Part shown: positions 10,191 through 19,827 of the stretch, piece by piece | How the letters are laid out: the number at the start of each line of letters is the position of its first letter | Numbering within the stretch: position 1 is the stretch's first letter | DNA from: Vulcanimicrobiota bacterium | GTDB taxonomy: Bacteria > Vulcanimicrobiota > Xenobia > Xenobiales > JADMJV01 | DNA length: 64,000 nt | Assembly: GCA_050250895.1 (NCBI GenBank) | Contig: JBFWNU010000002.1 | Location: 503,659-567,658, forward strand | Direction: 5' to 3' | The notes under the pieces: generated by a model | The model's database searches: none | Told to the model about the DNA's origin: nothing | What the model saw: the letters and a program-made list of their open reading frames with translations, nothing else | Made by a program: the position numbers and the translations under genes

Positions 10191-10992
10191 AGCATTCGGC
10201 CACCTGGCTCAAGCCGTCGACGGCATCGGTCCTGAGCCATAGCCCGCCGCAAGCCTCGGCCATGCGGGCGAAAGGATTGGCTTCGGGGTTGATATCGATC
10301 ATCACGCCCCCACGTCCACTCACCATCACGGCCATCTGCATGGGCAGGTTGGTAGCTCCTGAGCTGCCCGCGACCACCAGGGCTCCGCAGGTGAGAGTCG
10401 CCTCGAGCGAGGAGTGAAAGCGAAAGTGCGCCTCGTCGTAGCACTCGTCAAACCAGAGCACGTGAGGCCGGGCCAGCCCTCCGCACTTCGGGCAAACCAG
10501 CAGGCGGCGGTCGTGGTCGTCGAGGCTCTCCCCTCGTTGCTTGAACGGAACCCCTTCAGGAATGGGTACAAACCCGGGCGTGCAGTCGTTCCAACACCGC
10601 ATGAAGTCGATGTTGCCATGCACCTGGTAGGTGCGCTCCAGGCTGTTGCCGGCCCGCAGGTGCAGGCCGTCAACGTTCTGGGTCACTAACAGAAATCGGT
10701 CCCCCAGGGCTTGCTCGAGAGCGACGCAAGCCAGGTGGGCCGAGTTGGGCTCGGCTTGCCGGCAGACGCCGCGCCGATACAGATACCACGACCAGACATC
10801 ATCTGGCATCTGGCTGAAAGCCTGGTTGGTGGCCAACTCGGTCGGGTGATAGTGCTGAGAACCAACCGTCCAATAGCCCTCTTCGCCTCGAAAGGTGGGA
10901 ACACCGCTGGCGGCTGACACGCCGGCCCCGGTCAAGACCACGATGCGCTCGCCGCCGGCGCGAGCAAGCAAGTCTTTGAGTGCCTGGTGCAT
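10174..10992 (-). CDS. cobB: Sir2 family NAD-dependent protein deacylase
   Basis: LTGAGVSAASGVPTFRG, TQNVDGLH, HG, zinc Cys pairs, RPHVLWFDE; start position approximate. Confidence 0.92.
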   Translation of the reverse strand: MHQALKDLLARAGGERIVVLTGAGVSAASGVPTFRGEEGYWTVGSQHYHPTELATNQAFSQMPDDVWSWYLYRRGVCRQAEPNSAHLACVALEQALGDRFLLVTQNVDGLHLRAGNSLERTYQVHGNIDFMRCWNDCTPGFVPIPEGVPFKQRGESLDDHDRRLLVCPKCGGLARPHVLWFDECYDEAHFRFHSSLEATLTCGALVVAGSSGATNLPMQMAVMVSGRGGVMIDINPEANPFARMAEACGGLWLRTDAVDGLSQVAECFSAIA

Positions 10993-11085
10993 GGGCTTGA
11001 ATTTCCTTTCGAGATCTATCACTCCTCTAACAGATCTCAAGTCATCGGCATCGGACCATCCGCTATCATGGGCCTGGAGGCGGCT

Positions 11086-11526
11086 ATGAGAAGCGGACGT
11101 TACAGAATATTGCTAGTAGAAGAGAACGCGGGTGCTCTGGTTCCGGTGCGGGCACCCCGCCGGCAACGCAATCGCCGGCTCTACGAGCGCACCTTTCAAC
11201 CACCAGATGTCTTTGAGGCTCTACTCCACTCCCTGAGTCGGCTACAGCGCCGCGGGGTGGGACCGTCAGCCTGGGCATCGACCTTCGAAAACGACCCCCT
11301 GGCCTTTCTGCTCGACTCGATGAGCGATGCCTTTCTAATCCGGACCCTCGCAGGCGACGTGCTGTTCGAGAACCGATTCGCCAGAGAGCTAGAACTGGCC
11401 CGCCGGGCCTTTACCGACTATGAAAAATTCGACAATGATGGTGTTCCCTACGAGCGCCGCGGGCTGACCTTCGTTACCCCTCGCGGACGCGTCACGATCA
11501 CCATCGCCAAAAGCCTAAGGAGATAG
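11086..11526 (+). CDS. hypothetical protein with PAS-like segment, upstream of clpB
   Basis: GGAGG RBS before ATG 11086; [28 protein letters not shown] resembles a PAS N-terminus; ends 2 bp before clpB. Confidence 0.65.
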   Translation: MRSGRYRILLVEENAGALVPVRAPRRQRNRRLYERTFQPPDVFEALLHSLSRLQRRGVGPSAWASTFENDPLAFLLDSMSDAFLIRTLAGDVLFENRFARELELARRAFTDYEKFDNDGVPYERRGLTFVTPRGRVTITIAKSLRR

Positions 11527-11528
11527 CA

Positions 11529-14129
11529 ATGGATCTCAGCAAATTGACAGTCAAAGCTCGCGAAGCGCTCACCTCGGCCGAGACCGTGGCGCGCCGCAGC
11601 CAGCACCAGGAGGTGGGAAGTTTGCACCTTCTGGCCGCCTTGCTCTACCAGGAAGGCGGCATCATTCCCCCGTTGCTCGAAAAGGCCGGCGTGCCCGTGC
11701 GCGAGTTGCATCTACGGTTGCAGCAGAAGCTCGGCTCGGGGCCAAAGGTCGACGGGGCCGACAACTACATCGGTCGCGAGCTCAAGAAGGTGCTCGACGC
11801 ATCTTTTGACGAGAAAGACCGCATGGGTGACGACTATGTTTCGACCGAGCACCTTCTATTGGGGCTGCTCAGGGCCAAGTCTGAAGCCGGCAAGTTGCTT
11901 GGCGAATTTGGACTTAAACCGGACAAGCTTGAAGAGGCTCTACAAGCCATTCGCGGGGGGCAGAAGGTCACCGATACCGAGCCTGAAGGTAAGTATCAGG
12001 CCCTCGAGCGTTATACTACCGACCTGACCGCGCTGGCCCGCGAAGGCAAGCTCGACCCGGTCATCGGTCGCGACGAAGAGATTCGCCGGGCCATGCAAGT
12101 GTTGTCTCGTCGCACCAAGAACAACCCGGTGCTCATCGGTGAGCCCGGCGTGGGTAAGACGGCTATTGTGGAAGGCATTGCCGGCCGTATCGTGGCCGAA
12201 GACGTGCCCGAGAGCCTGCGCCGCAAACGCGTGCTGGCGCTGGATCTGGGAGCGTTGGTGGCCGGAGCCAAATACCGCGGTGAGTTCGAAGAGCGCCTGA
12301 AGGCCGTGCTGCAAGAAGTGACCAAAGCCGAAGGCTCGGTCATCCTCTTCATCGACGAACTTCACACCCTGGTGGGAGCTGGCGCCGCCGAAGGGGCCCA
12401 GGACGCGGCCAACATGCTCAAGCCGGCCTTGGCCCGCGGCCAGCTGCGCTGCATTGGGGCTACTACCCTCGACGAGTATCGCAAACACGTTGAGAAGGAC
12501 AAGGCTTTGGAGCGGCGATTCCAGCCCGTCTATGTGGGCGAACCGAGCCTTGACGATACTATCGCCATCCTGCGTGGCCTAAAAGAGAAGTATGAAGTCC
12601 ACCACGGCCTGCGCATCGAGGATGCGGCCACCGTGGCGGCGGCCAAGCTTTCTCATCGCTATATCGCCGACCGCTTTTTGCCTGACAAGGCCATCGACCT
12701 GATCGACGAAGCGGCCAGTCAGATCAAGATGGAGATCGAGAGCGTACCGGCCGTCATCGACCGAGCCCAGCGAGAGATCACCCGTCTTCAGATCGAAGAG
12801 CAAGCCCTGCAGCTCGAGGACGAAAAGGTAGCCGGCGACCGCCTCAAGGTGCTACGCGGCGAGATTGCCGAGAAGCAAGAGGAGCTTGGAGGGATGAGGG
12901 CTCGCTGGCAGCAGCAGCGCGATCTCGTCCACCAGGCTCGCGACCTCAAAGAGCAGCTCGACCGCCTCAAGACCGAAGCCGAGCAGGCCCAACAGCGCAA
13001 CGAGCTGCAACGCGCGGCCGAGATTATGTATGGCGAAATCCCTCGCCTGCAGAAAGAACTCGACGCCGCCCAGCAGCGTCTGGATGAGGCCCGCGAACAG
13101 GGCAGTTTCTTGCGTGAAGCGGTGACCCCGCAGGACATCGCTGGCATCGTGAGTCGCTGGACGGGTATCCCCGTCGACAAGATGCTCGAGGCCGAAAGCG
13201 AGCGTTTGCTCAAGATGGAGGACCGCCTGCGCCTGCGCGTGGTGGGTCAGGACGAAGCGGTGGTGCGGGTGGCCAAGGCCATTCGCCTGGCCCGGGCGGG
13301 TTTGCAAGACCCCAACCGGCCCATCGGCTCGTTCCTCTTCCTGGGTCCGACCGGCGTAGGTAAGACCGAGCTGGCCAAAGCCCTGGCCGAGTTCCTCTTC
13401 GACGACGAGCGCAATATGGTGCGCATCGATATGTCCGAGTATATGGAAAAGCACGCCGTCTCGCGCTTGATCGGTGCGCCTCCCGGTTACATCGGCTATG
13501 ACGAGGGCGGTCAGTTGACCGAAGCGGTGCGCCGTCGACCCTACTCGGTGGTGCTGCTCGACGAGGTCGAGAAAGCGCACCAGGACGTCTTCAACGTGCT
13601 GTTGCAGGTGATGGACGATGGGCGCCTGACCGATGGTCAGGGGCGCACGGTGGACTTCCGCAACACCATCCTCATCATGACCTCCAACATTGGCTCCACC
13701 CACCTGCTCAACGAGCCCGACGAAGAGCGGGCCACCAGGTTCGTGGAGGCGGCGCTGCGCGAGCACTTCCGGCCCGAGTTCCTCAACCGGATCGACGCCC
13801 GCATCCTGTTCCATCGCCTCGACCAGAAGGTCATCCGCGACATCGTGGACATCCAGGTGCGCAGTATCGAGCACCTGCTGGCCAACCGCGGTCTGACCAT
13901 CGAACTCGACGACGCGGCCCGCGACTACCTGGCCGAAGTCGGCTACGACCCCGCTTTCGGGGCGCGTCCGCTCAAGCGAGCCGTGCGCGAGCACATCCTC
14001 GAGCCTCTCTCCGAGAAGCTCATCGGTGGCGAGATTCGCCCGGATTCGCTGGTGCGCGTGCGCAAGATCGGCGACGGCCTGGAGTTGACCGGAGTGATTC
14101 CCGACGTGGCTGGTGTGAGCCGGAACTAG
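11529..14129 (+). CDS. clpB: ATP-dependent chaperone ClpB
   Basis: [21 protein letters not shown], coiled-coil middle domain, [16 protein letters not shown]. Confidence 0.98.
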   Translation: MDLSKLTVKAREALTSAETVARRSQHQEVGSLHLLAALLYQEGGIIPPLLEKAGVPVRELHLRLQQKLGSGPKVDGADNYIGRELKKVLDASFDEKDRMGDDYVSTEHLLLGLLRAKSEAGKLLGEFGLKPDKLEEALQAIRGGQKVTDTEPEGKYQALERYTTDLTALAREGKLDPVIGRDEEIRRAMQVLSRRTKNNPVLIGEPGVGKTAIVEGIAGRIVAEDVPESLRRKRVLALDLGALVAGAKYRGEFEERLKAVLQEVTKAEGSVILFIDELHTLVGAGAAEGAQDAANMLKPALARGQLRCIGATTLDEYRKHVEKDKALERRFQPVYVGEPSLDDTIAILRGLKEKYEVHHGLRIEDAATVAAAKLSHRYIADRFLPDKAIDLIDEAASQIKMEIESVPAVIDRAQREITRLQIEEQALQLEDEKVAGDRLKVLRGEIAEKQEELGGMRARWQQQRDLVHQARDLKEQLDRLKTEAEQAQQRNELQRAAEIMYGEIPRLQKELDAAQQRLDEAREQGSFLREAVTPQDIAGIVSRWTGIPVDKMLEAESERLLKMEDRLRLRVVGQDEAVVRVAKAIRLARAGLQDPNRPIGSFLFLGPTGVGKTELAKALAEFLFDDERNMVRIDMSEYMEKHAVSRLIGAPPGYIGYDEGGQLTEAVRRRPYSVVLLDEVEKAHQDVFNVLLQVMDDGRLTDGQGRTVDFRNTILIMTSNIGSTHLLNEPDEERATRFVEAALREHFRPEFLNRIDARILFHRLDQKVIRDIVDIQVRSIEHLLANRGLTIELDDAARDYLAEVGYDPAFGARPLKRAVREHILEPLSEKLIGGEIRPDSLVRVRKIGDGLELTGVIPDVAGVSRN

Positions 14130-14210
14130 GAGACGGTAGTCATCCGACGGTAGACGGTAGCATCGAGAGGGTGGCGCCTGGGCGTCACCCTCTTCCTTTC
14201 TCGGACGAAC

Positions 14211-14906
14211 TCAGCATCGACAGCAAGCGTACAGGGTCGAGAAGCTGGTGGCGATGCGGGCGGCGTCGCAGTCCTTCTCGATTGCTCCGAAGTCGGGCAC
14301 GGAACCGCAAGTGCGGCTGTCGAAGAAGTCGGTCGAACCAGCGTGGCAGATGCTGGGGCCCGTGGCAGTATTGCATGGAATAGGATTGATTCCGTCATCG
14401 CTACACCGATAGGCGGCCACGCAAACGCACTTGCCGCAGTCGGCGGGGCAAGCGCAAGTGGGGCTATTGTCGCAACAGTCAACGCAGCCGGTCGGAGCCC
14501 CGGGTGGGCCGGCCGGCTGCGACGAGGTTGCACAACCCGAAAAGCCGCTCATCAAGCAACTACCGCTGGCGGCAAGGGTTGGCTCGGGAGCCAGCACGCT
14601 GGACACCACTGGCAAAAGAGCTACTCGGGTCAGAAAGCGACGGCGGTCAAGCGTGGTCGAGCCCTCGGCCTCGATCAGGCCCTCAGTGGCCAGTCTATCG
14701 AGAGCGGCCTGCAGCAAGTCCCGACCCTCTTTCCCTAACGAGAGTGCCACCTGGGACTGCAACGTCGCTCCGTCGCAAGCCCGATAGACCTGGGCGGCGG
14801 TGGGGCTAAGGCTGTAGGCTCGGCGAGTTTGGGGGTGATAGAGGATGAGTTCGTCGCCGATCGCCTGCTCGATGGCAACGAATTTCTGCTTCGGCATGTG
14901 CATCAT
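14211..14906 (-). CDS. PqqD/RRE domain fused to an RR-leader-like segment and an 18-Cys domain
   Basis: GDELILYHPQTRRAYSLSPTAAQVYRACDG...ALDRLATEGLIE; LDRRRFL..LPVVSSVLAP; Cys-rich tail. Confidence 0.85.
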   Translation of the reverse strand: MMHMPKQKFVAIEQAIGDELILYHPQTRRAYSLSPTAAQVYRACDGATLQSQVALSLGKEGRDLLQAALDRLATEGLIEAEGSTTLDRRRFLTRVALLPVVSSVLAPEPTLAASGSCLMSGFSGCATSSQPAGPPGAPTGCVDCCDNSPTCACPADCGKCVCVAAYRCSDDGINPIPCNTATGPSICHAGSTDFFDSRTCGSVPDFGAIEKDCDAARIATSFSTLYACCRC

Positions 14907-15254
14907 CGTCGGATATTATCTGGACGAAGAGCTGATCCTTCTGAAGGTGTAGAATCTTTTTGAGACGATTTTTGGGCTGGGACAACATTTGGAGTTAGCG
15001 AAAGGTGGCTAGAGATATTTCTTGGGGTCGGTGTGGATTGCTGGAGAGAACTCTCACCTTGGGTCGAACTGGAGCGCGCAAGGTTCAGGGCGTTCGAGGC
15101 CGCTACCAGAAAGCACCAAAGGCCGGAGCCTAGGACTTTGGGCCGTTGGCGCCGGCCATCCTTTCGGGTTTTGTTTAGCCACCTACGATAATCTAAGTGC
15201 AGGTCCACAGACCCGGTCCACCGGGCGCCAAACACACGCAGGAGAATCTCACTA

Positions 15255-16529
15255 ATGTCGTCTATTTGTATTCCTCAGTTCGTCAATGCCCCCGCGGCCA
15301 AGCCTTTGGCCAGCCGACCCGCTGCCCCCGCCAAAGTCGAACAACAGCTCACCCTTCCTTTTGACCAGGTCCAAACAAGTTCTCCGGCCGCCCCCACCCT
15401 GGCCACCTCTTCGGCCCTCAAGACGGCCACTCTGACGGCCTTGCAGACAGCCTCGGCAGCTGCTCCCGGAACCTGGATGCTCTATCCGGCCGAGGATGCC
15501 TATCGCGGTCGGCTGGACCAGGACCTGGCCTTTAAAGACTTGCGCCCCTACGCCCAGCAGAAACTGGGAGAGCTTCCCGAGAACCTTACCCTGGGCCAGG
15601 TGCTGGCCTATACCGGCGCCAGTTCGCTGACCGACGTGACACGTAACCTGGGCAAGTATCGCCAGAGCCTCGACGAATTGGCCGCCCTGGGCCAGAACTT
15701 CCAGGGAAGCCTGGTGGTCAACGCCGACAATCGCCACGGTTCTTTGGTGGTGCTGGCCGAGCAGCCCACCGTCGAGTCGACTCGCGTCGGCACCCTCGAA
15801 GGCGTCTGGCGCAACGAGCGGGCCCGCGCCGGTTTACTCAATCTGCTTGATAATCCCCAGTGGCAGTCGCAGCTTGAGGGGTCGAGGCTGGCCGGTCTGC
15901 GGCCGCAGCTTGAAGACCCTTCGGTCGAGGTCAAGTCGGTCTTGACTCAGGCCCTGGGCGAACTCGAAGGTGGCTACACCGCCGCCCACATGCAGCGGGC
16001 CATCGACCAGATCGGTATTCCGCTGGCCGAGGCTCTGGCCGACGGCAAGCTGGCTGCCGAAGATCGAGCAGCTCTCAAAGAGGCTGGCGGGCTATTCGAC
16101 ATCGGAAAGCTGGCTATCGATGAGAAGATCCTCGACTTCCCCGGCAAATGGCCCGACGATAAGGCCGGCGACTGGTTTGCTAAGATTTCCAACCATGTCC
16201 ACCCGGACATCGTCGGACCGCTACTCGAGGCCTTCAACCCCTCAGAGAAGGCCCGCCAGGCTGTGCTCTTGCATCACGAGCGGCCCAACGGCTGGGCTTA
16301 CTGCAAGACCGCCAGCGCTCCCGGCTGGGATAACGTTCCCAGTCTGGCGCGGGTGGTCGGCATCGCCGACACCATCGACGCGATGCAGTGGAAGAAGGCC
16401 AACCTCAACCGTCCCGTCGAGGCCAAGCTCGACCTGCCCACCATCGCGAAATTTCTGGTCGGCGACGCCGAGAAGGGCAAGGTCGACGGCGAGTTGGTCA
16501 AGCTGGCTTTCGACAAAGTGCTGGCCTGA
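15255..16529 (+). CDS. degenerate HD-GYP domain protein with low-complexity N-terminus
   Basis: YTAAHMQR, LFDIGK, HHERPNG, IADTIDAM; AGGAG RBS. Confidence 0.8.
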   Translation: MSSICIPQFVNAPAAKPLASRPAAPAKVEQQLTLPFDQVQTSSPAAPTLATSSALKTATLTALQTASAAAPGTWMLYPAEDAYRGRLDQDLAFKDLRPYAQQKLGELPENLTLGQVLAYTGASSLTDVTRNLGKYRQSLDELAALGQNFQGSLVVNADNRHGSLVVLAEQPTVESTRVGTLEGVWRNERARAGLLNLLDNPQWQSQLEGSRLAGLRPQLEDPSVEVKSVLTQALGELEGGYTAAHMQRAIDQIGIPLAEALADGKLAAEDRAALKEAGGLFDIGKLAIDEKILDFPGKWPDDKAGDWFAKISNHVHPDIVGPLLEAFNPSEKARQAVLLHHERPNGWAYCKTASAPGWDNVPSLARVVGIADTIDAMQWKKANLNRPVEAKLDLPTIAKFLVGDAEKGKVDGELVKLAFDKVLA

Positions 16530-16552
16530 ACCGCAGGTGGACTATTGACTTA

Positions 16553-16710
16553 GGGCCTGTCAGGAAATAACTCGTGCATTCGGGGCGCCGATCCATCCCC
16601 TGTGGCTGCGTTGCGCTTCCCTTACATATTGCCGATATGCGCGGTCAGACGCGCCTTGCCACAGGGGCGCCTCAGCGCCCGGAATGCTACTCTTAATCCC
16701 TGACAGGCCC
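16553..16710. mobile_element. 158-bp MITE (IS5-like ends)
   Basis: Perfect 12-bp TIRs GGGCCTGTCAGG/CCTGACAGGCCC, TTA direct repeats at 16550-16552 and 16711-16713, nested internal inverted repeats, no ORF. Confidence 0.85.
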
Positions 16711-16738
16711 TTAGGCCAGGTCGTGCTATGATCACCGC

Positions 16739-16897
16739 GTGAAGACCTTCAATGTGCATGAGGCTAAGACTCACTTCTCGGCGATTTTGGCGCTGGTGAC
16801 CGCTGGTGAGGAGGTGACCATCGCAAAGGCCGGTCGCCCTGTGGCCATCATTTCACCTTTTCGTCCGCCGGTAGAGCTCCGGAAAGACTGGCTTTAG
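16739..16897 (+). pseudogene. Phd/YefM antitoxin, short (52 aa), no toxin partner
   Basis: Hand translation MKTFNVHEAKTHFSAILALVTAGEEVTIAKAGRPVAII; TATGAT 6 bp upstream; below the ORF-track length cutoff. Confidence 0.85.
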
Positions 16898-17140
16898 GGC
16901 CAGGGTTCGTATCTCCAGGCCCTCAAGATTGGAGGTCCCGCCGCAGCACAGACCTGGCCAACGAGTCAGCCAGGGCAACGTCCCCGCGGTCAAGGGCGAT
17001 CTGGGCCTGTCGCAAGACTCCGCGGCCCATCTAGAATAACAAGAGCAGGGCGGCAGAGCCCATCACCAGCGTCAGCCAGTAAGGCCAACCGGTCGAGTCT
17101 AGCTCTTTGAGCAACCAGAAGACCAGCAACGACAGCCCGG
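16896..17140 (-). pseudogene. diverged partial copy of 23145..23392 (fragments of two small genes)
   Basis: Colinear similarity including an exact 36-mer CACCAGCGTCAGCCAGTAAGGCCAACCGGTCGAGTC; small indels. Confidence 0.85.
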
Positions 17141-17231
17141 GTTAGCCGCGGGGTCAAGCGAGTTTTGGCCGACCCACTCCAGGACGGCTCCTGGTGCGGG
17201 CGAAGTCTCCCTTTTTCGAAGGGGGATTGGG

Positions 17232-19685
17232 ATGGTTTCCAGGGGATTGCCCCGTCGGGCCTTTTTGCAGTTGCTCGGCGGCACGGGAGCTGGTTTGTTT
17301 CTGGGGGGATGTGACGGCCAATCGGTCGAGGATTTCTTTGCTGGTGGGGGAGGAGGGCAGAACGGGGGGGCGCCGGCCGCCGGGCTTACCACCGGTCGCG
17401 TCGACCTGAGCCAGATCGGTGGCACGGGCCTGCGCGTGCTGTCGGCCTTTCTGGCTCCGGCCAACGTCGACGGCACGGGCCAGTTCGCGACCTCTGTGCT
17501 AAACACCAGGGCCCAGGCCCTGCTTGTTCTCGATGATGCCGGCAAAGTGCGGGCCCTGGGTTTGTCGCTGCCCGGTGCGAACCTCTTGTTCGACGCGGCC
17601 AGCACCGCTCTCACCTGGGTCTTTCTTTCACCTGGTCTGGTGGTGACCGAGCCCAACGCGGCAGCGACCCTGGTGCAACGAATTCGGGCTTTGCCCGAGT
17701 TCCAGCCGGTCGTCGACTATCTGGCCGCCAGACTTCAACAGCTGACGCTATCCGAGCTGGTCGCTGACCCCGGCTTGAACTCGTTGATGCTGGCCCTGGT
17801 CAGAGCCTTGCTGGCCGCTCCAGTTCAGCGAACTCAGGCCGAAGAGGACGCCTTCAACCGGGACGGTCGGGTGGCGGTGGCTCGTAAAGAGCCCAACCCG
17901 GGCAGTCCTAACACTCCTTTTGAGCTCAGCAACGAAGGCTGGCGCTTCGTCAACGTCATTCGGCAGGAGATTTTGCCTAACGGCCAGGAGAACATCACGC
18001 CGTTGACGCCGATTCGCCCTGAACTGGTCGGAGCCGTTCAGGTCGAGCGTAATCTATTGCCCGGAGTGAGCGGTTTCAGTCTGGGCAATCTGTTTACCGC
18101 CCAGACGCTATCACCGGGCACAGCCATCGATTTCGCCAATATCGACACGCCCGCTCTCGGACGCCTGGTATACTGGATCTACGGCCCGGGTTCTGGGCTG
18201 CGATCGTCCGATCCGCTCCCGCCTACCATCGCCCTTGGCGACTTTGGTGGTGCTTCGCTGGGCATGACCGGCCTGTTCTACATGCTTTTTCCCATCGTCG
18301 AAAGCTTCATGGCGGGCTTGGGCAGGCTCAAAGAGGCGCCCACTACGACCGGGGACCTCCAGGCCGGCATCAAGCTCGCCGAGAAGCTTTGGGCCGGAGC
18401 TACTCAGTCTGTCAATCTGACCGGCCTGCAACTGGCCCTGAGCACCGGTCAGGAGGCCAACATCCTGGCCGCCTGGATCGACCTGGTCTCGGCCCTGGCT
18501 CAGCTGGTGGTAGGCGGTCTGGCCGTGGCTCTCGAGGGGACGGTGGCCGGAACCGTCGCCATCGTGCTGGAGTTGCTGTTGGCGGCCATAGGCACCTTCT
18601 TCGCCGGTTGGAACGCTTTGGTGGCCACAGCTCACTTTCTAGGTCTTCCGCAGGTGGCGGCGGTGCAGGTTCCCATCGCCCGGCGCAGCCTGAACCTGGT
18701 GGGTACCAGTCCCTTCACCACGCAAGACCTGGATGCGAACGGACGGGTGCTGTTCTTTACGCCTTCGCCGGCCCGGGTCCAGGTGAAGGACCTGGAAGCC
18801 AATCCCGTCGATCTGACTCCGATCCTCAACGCGACCTTCAACGGCGTCATGGATAATCACGGCCTGGTGGTTGCCAATCGGGGGCCGAACGGGGTCTCCT
18901 TGCTCCAGGTGGATGTCGCGCAGGTCTTTCCGGTGATTCCCCCGGCTCAGGCCGTTGCGGGCAGTCCCGCGGCTCGCCTCATTTCTGATAGCGGCTGGAT
19001 CTATGGGGACTTTAGAATCAGCGATCCACCCAACGTCGACCGGGTCGAAATCTGGGGCAGCGACGGGGGAGTCGACATGGATGGAAACATCCCCAGCCAG
19101 TCGCTGGGTATCATCGCGCAGATCGAGGCCGAGAGTGGCCGCATGGTCTCGCGAGGCACCGGGATTCAGCTCACCGGGGTCAATTCTCTGGGAGAATTTG
19201 TCGGTTTCGCCAGTCTGGTGGGCCCGCCGGCGGGAGTGGTCAACTTCCGCTACAGTCCCAACGTGGGATTGACCAGCTTCGAGGTGACCGATGTGCCGGC
19301 CGGTCTGGTGGGCCCACGCTATCTGGGCATCAATTTGGCCGGGCATATCCTGGTCCAGGAGGATGCCCCGGGCGGGGTCCAGCGCGGCCGCATTATCGGT
19401 GGGCCGACGCTAAGCACGGTGGGCAACCACACCGTCATGGGACTCAACGATGACGATGTGGTGGTCGGATTGATGGAATTTCCCGACGTGCGACCGGTGG
19501 TCTGGCGCAACGGCGGGTTTGAAGAGATCAATCAATTGATCCCACCAGGGCAACGTGACCCTCAATCACCCTTTTACTTCGAGCCAGGACTCTCGGCTGG
19601 AAGGGCCCTATTCAAAGGCAATTTCGTCGTGTTACGTCGGACTCTCCTGGACCGAGACGAGATCTTCGTGCTAGGCCTGGGTTAG
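17232..19685 (+). CDS. Tat-exported lipoprotein with central hydrophobic helices and C-terminal HAF-like beta repeats
   Basis: PRRAFLQLL...LFLGG-C; repeats GVNSLGEFVG, GINLAGHILV, GLNDDDVVVG. Confidence 0.8.
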   Translation: MVSRGLPRRAFLQLLGGTGAGLFLGGCDGQSVEDFFAGGGGGQNGGAPAAGLTTGRVDLSQIGGTGLRVLSAFLAPANVDGTGQFATSVLNTRAQALLVLDDAGKVRALGLSLPGANLLFDAASTALTWVFLSPGLVVTEPNAAATLVQRIRALPEFQPVVDYLAARLQQLTLSELVADPGLNSLMLALVRALLAAPVQRTQAEEDAFNRDGRVAVARKEPNPGSPNTPFELSNEGWRFVNVIRQEILPNGQENITPLTPIRPELVGAVQVERNLLPGVSGFSLGNLFTAQTLSPGTAIDFANIDTPALGRLVYWIYGPGSGLRSSDPLPPTIALGDFGGASLGMTGLFYMLFPIVESFMAGLGRLKEAPTTTGDLQAGIKLAEKLWAGATQSVNLTGLQLALSTGQEANILAAWIDLVSALAQLVVGGLAVALEGTVAGTVAIVLELLLAAIGTFFAGWNALVATAHFLGLPQVAAVQVPIARRSLNLVGTSPFTTQDLDANGRVLFFTPSPARVQVKDLEANPVDLTPILNATFNGVMDNHGLVVANRGPNGVSLLQVDVAQVFPVIPPAQAVAGSPAARLISDSGWIYGDFRISDPPNVDRVEIWGSDGGVDMDGNIPSQSLGIIAQIEAESGRMVSRGTGIQLTGVNSLGEFVGFASLVGPPAGVVNFRYSPNVGLTSFEVTDVPAGLVGPRYLGINLAGHILVQEDAPGGVQRGRIIGGPTLSTVGNHTVMGLNDDDVVVGLMEFPDVRPVVWRNGGFEEINQLIPPGQRDPQSPFYFEPGLSAGRALFKGNFVVLRRTLLDRDEIFVLGLG

Positions 19686-19827
19686 TCGTTTGGCTAGCCC
19701 AGGCTTGGCCGGGCGGCCACCCGTCTTTGGCCTGACCTCGCCAGGGGAGTGCACCCGCGACGGGAACTCTTCCAGCCGATTTGGGGCCTCCAGCCAGGAG
19801 GTATCGACTTACAAGGGGGATTGGGTA

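Noticed and set aside
11018-11041. CIRCE or HAIR element before clpB
   Set aside because: Only partial half-site resemblance, with the wrong second arm
14903-15255. Short ORFs between the PqqD gene and the HD-GYP gene
   Set aside because: No recognisable motifs or RBS; more likely a divergent promoter region
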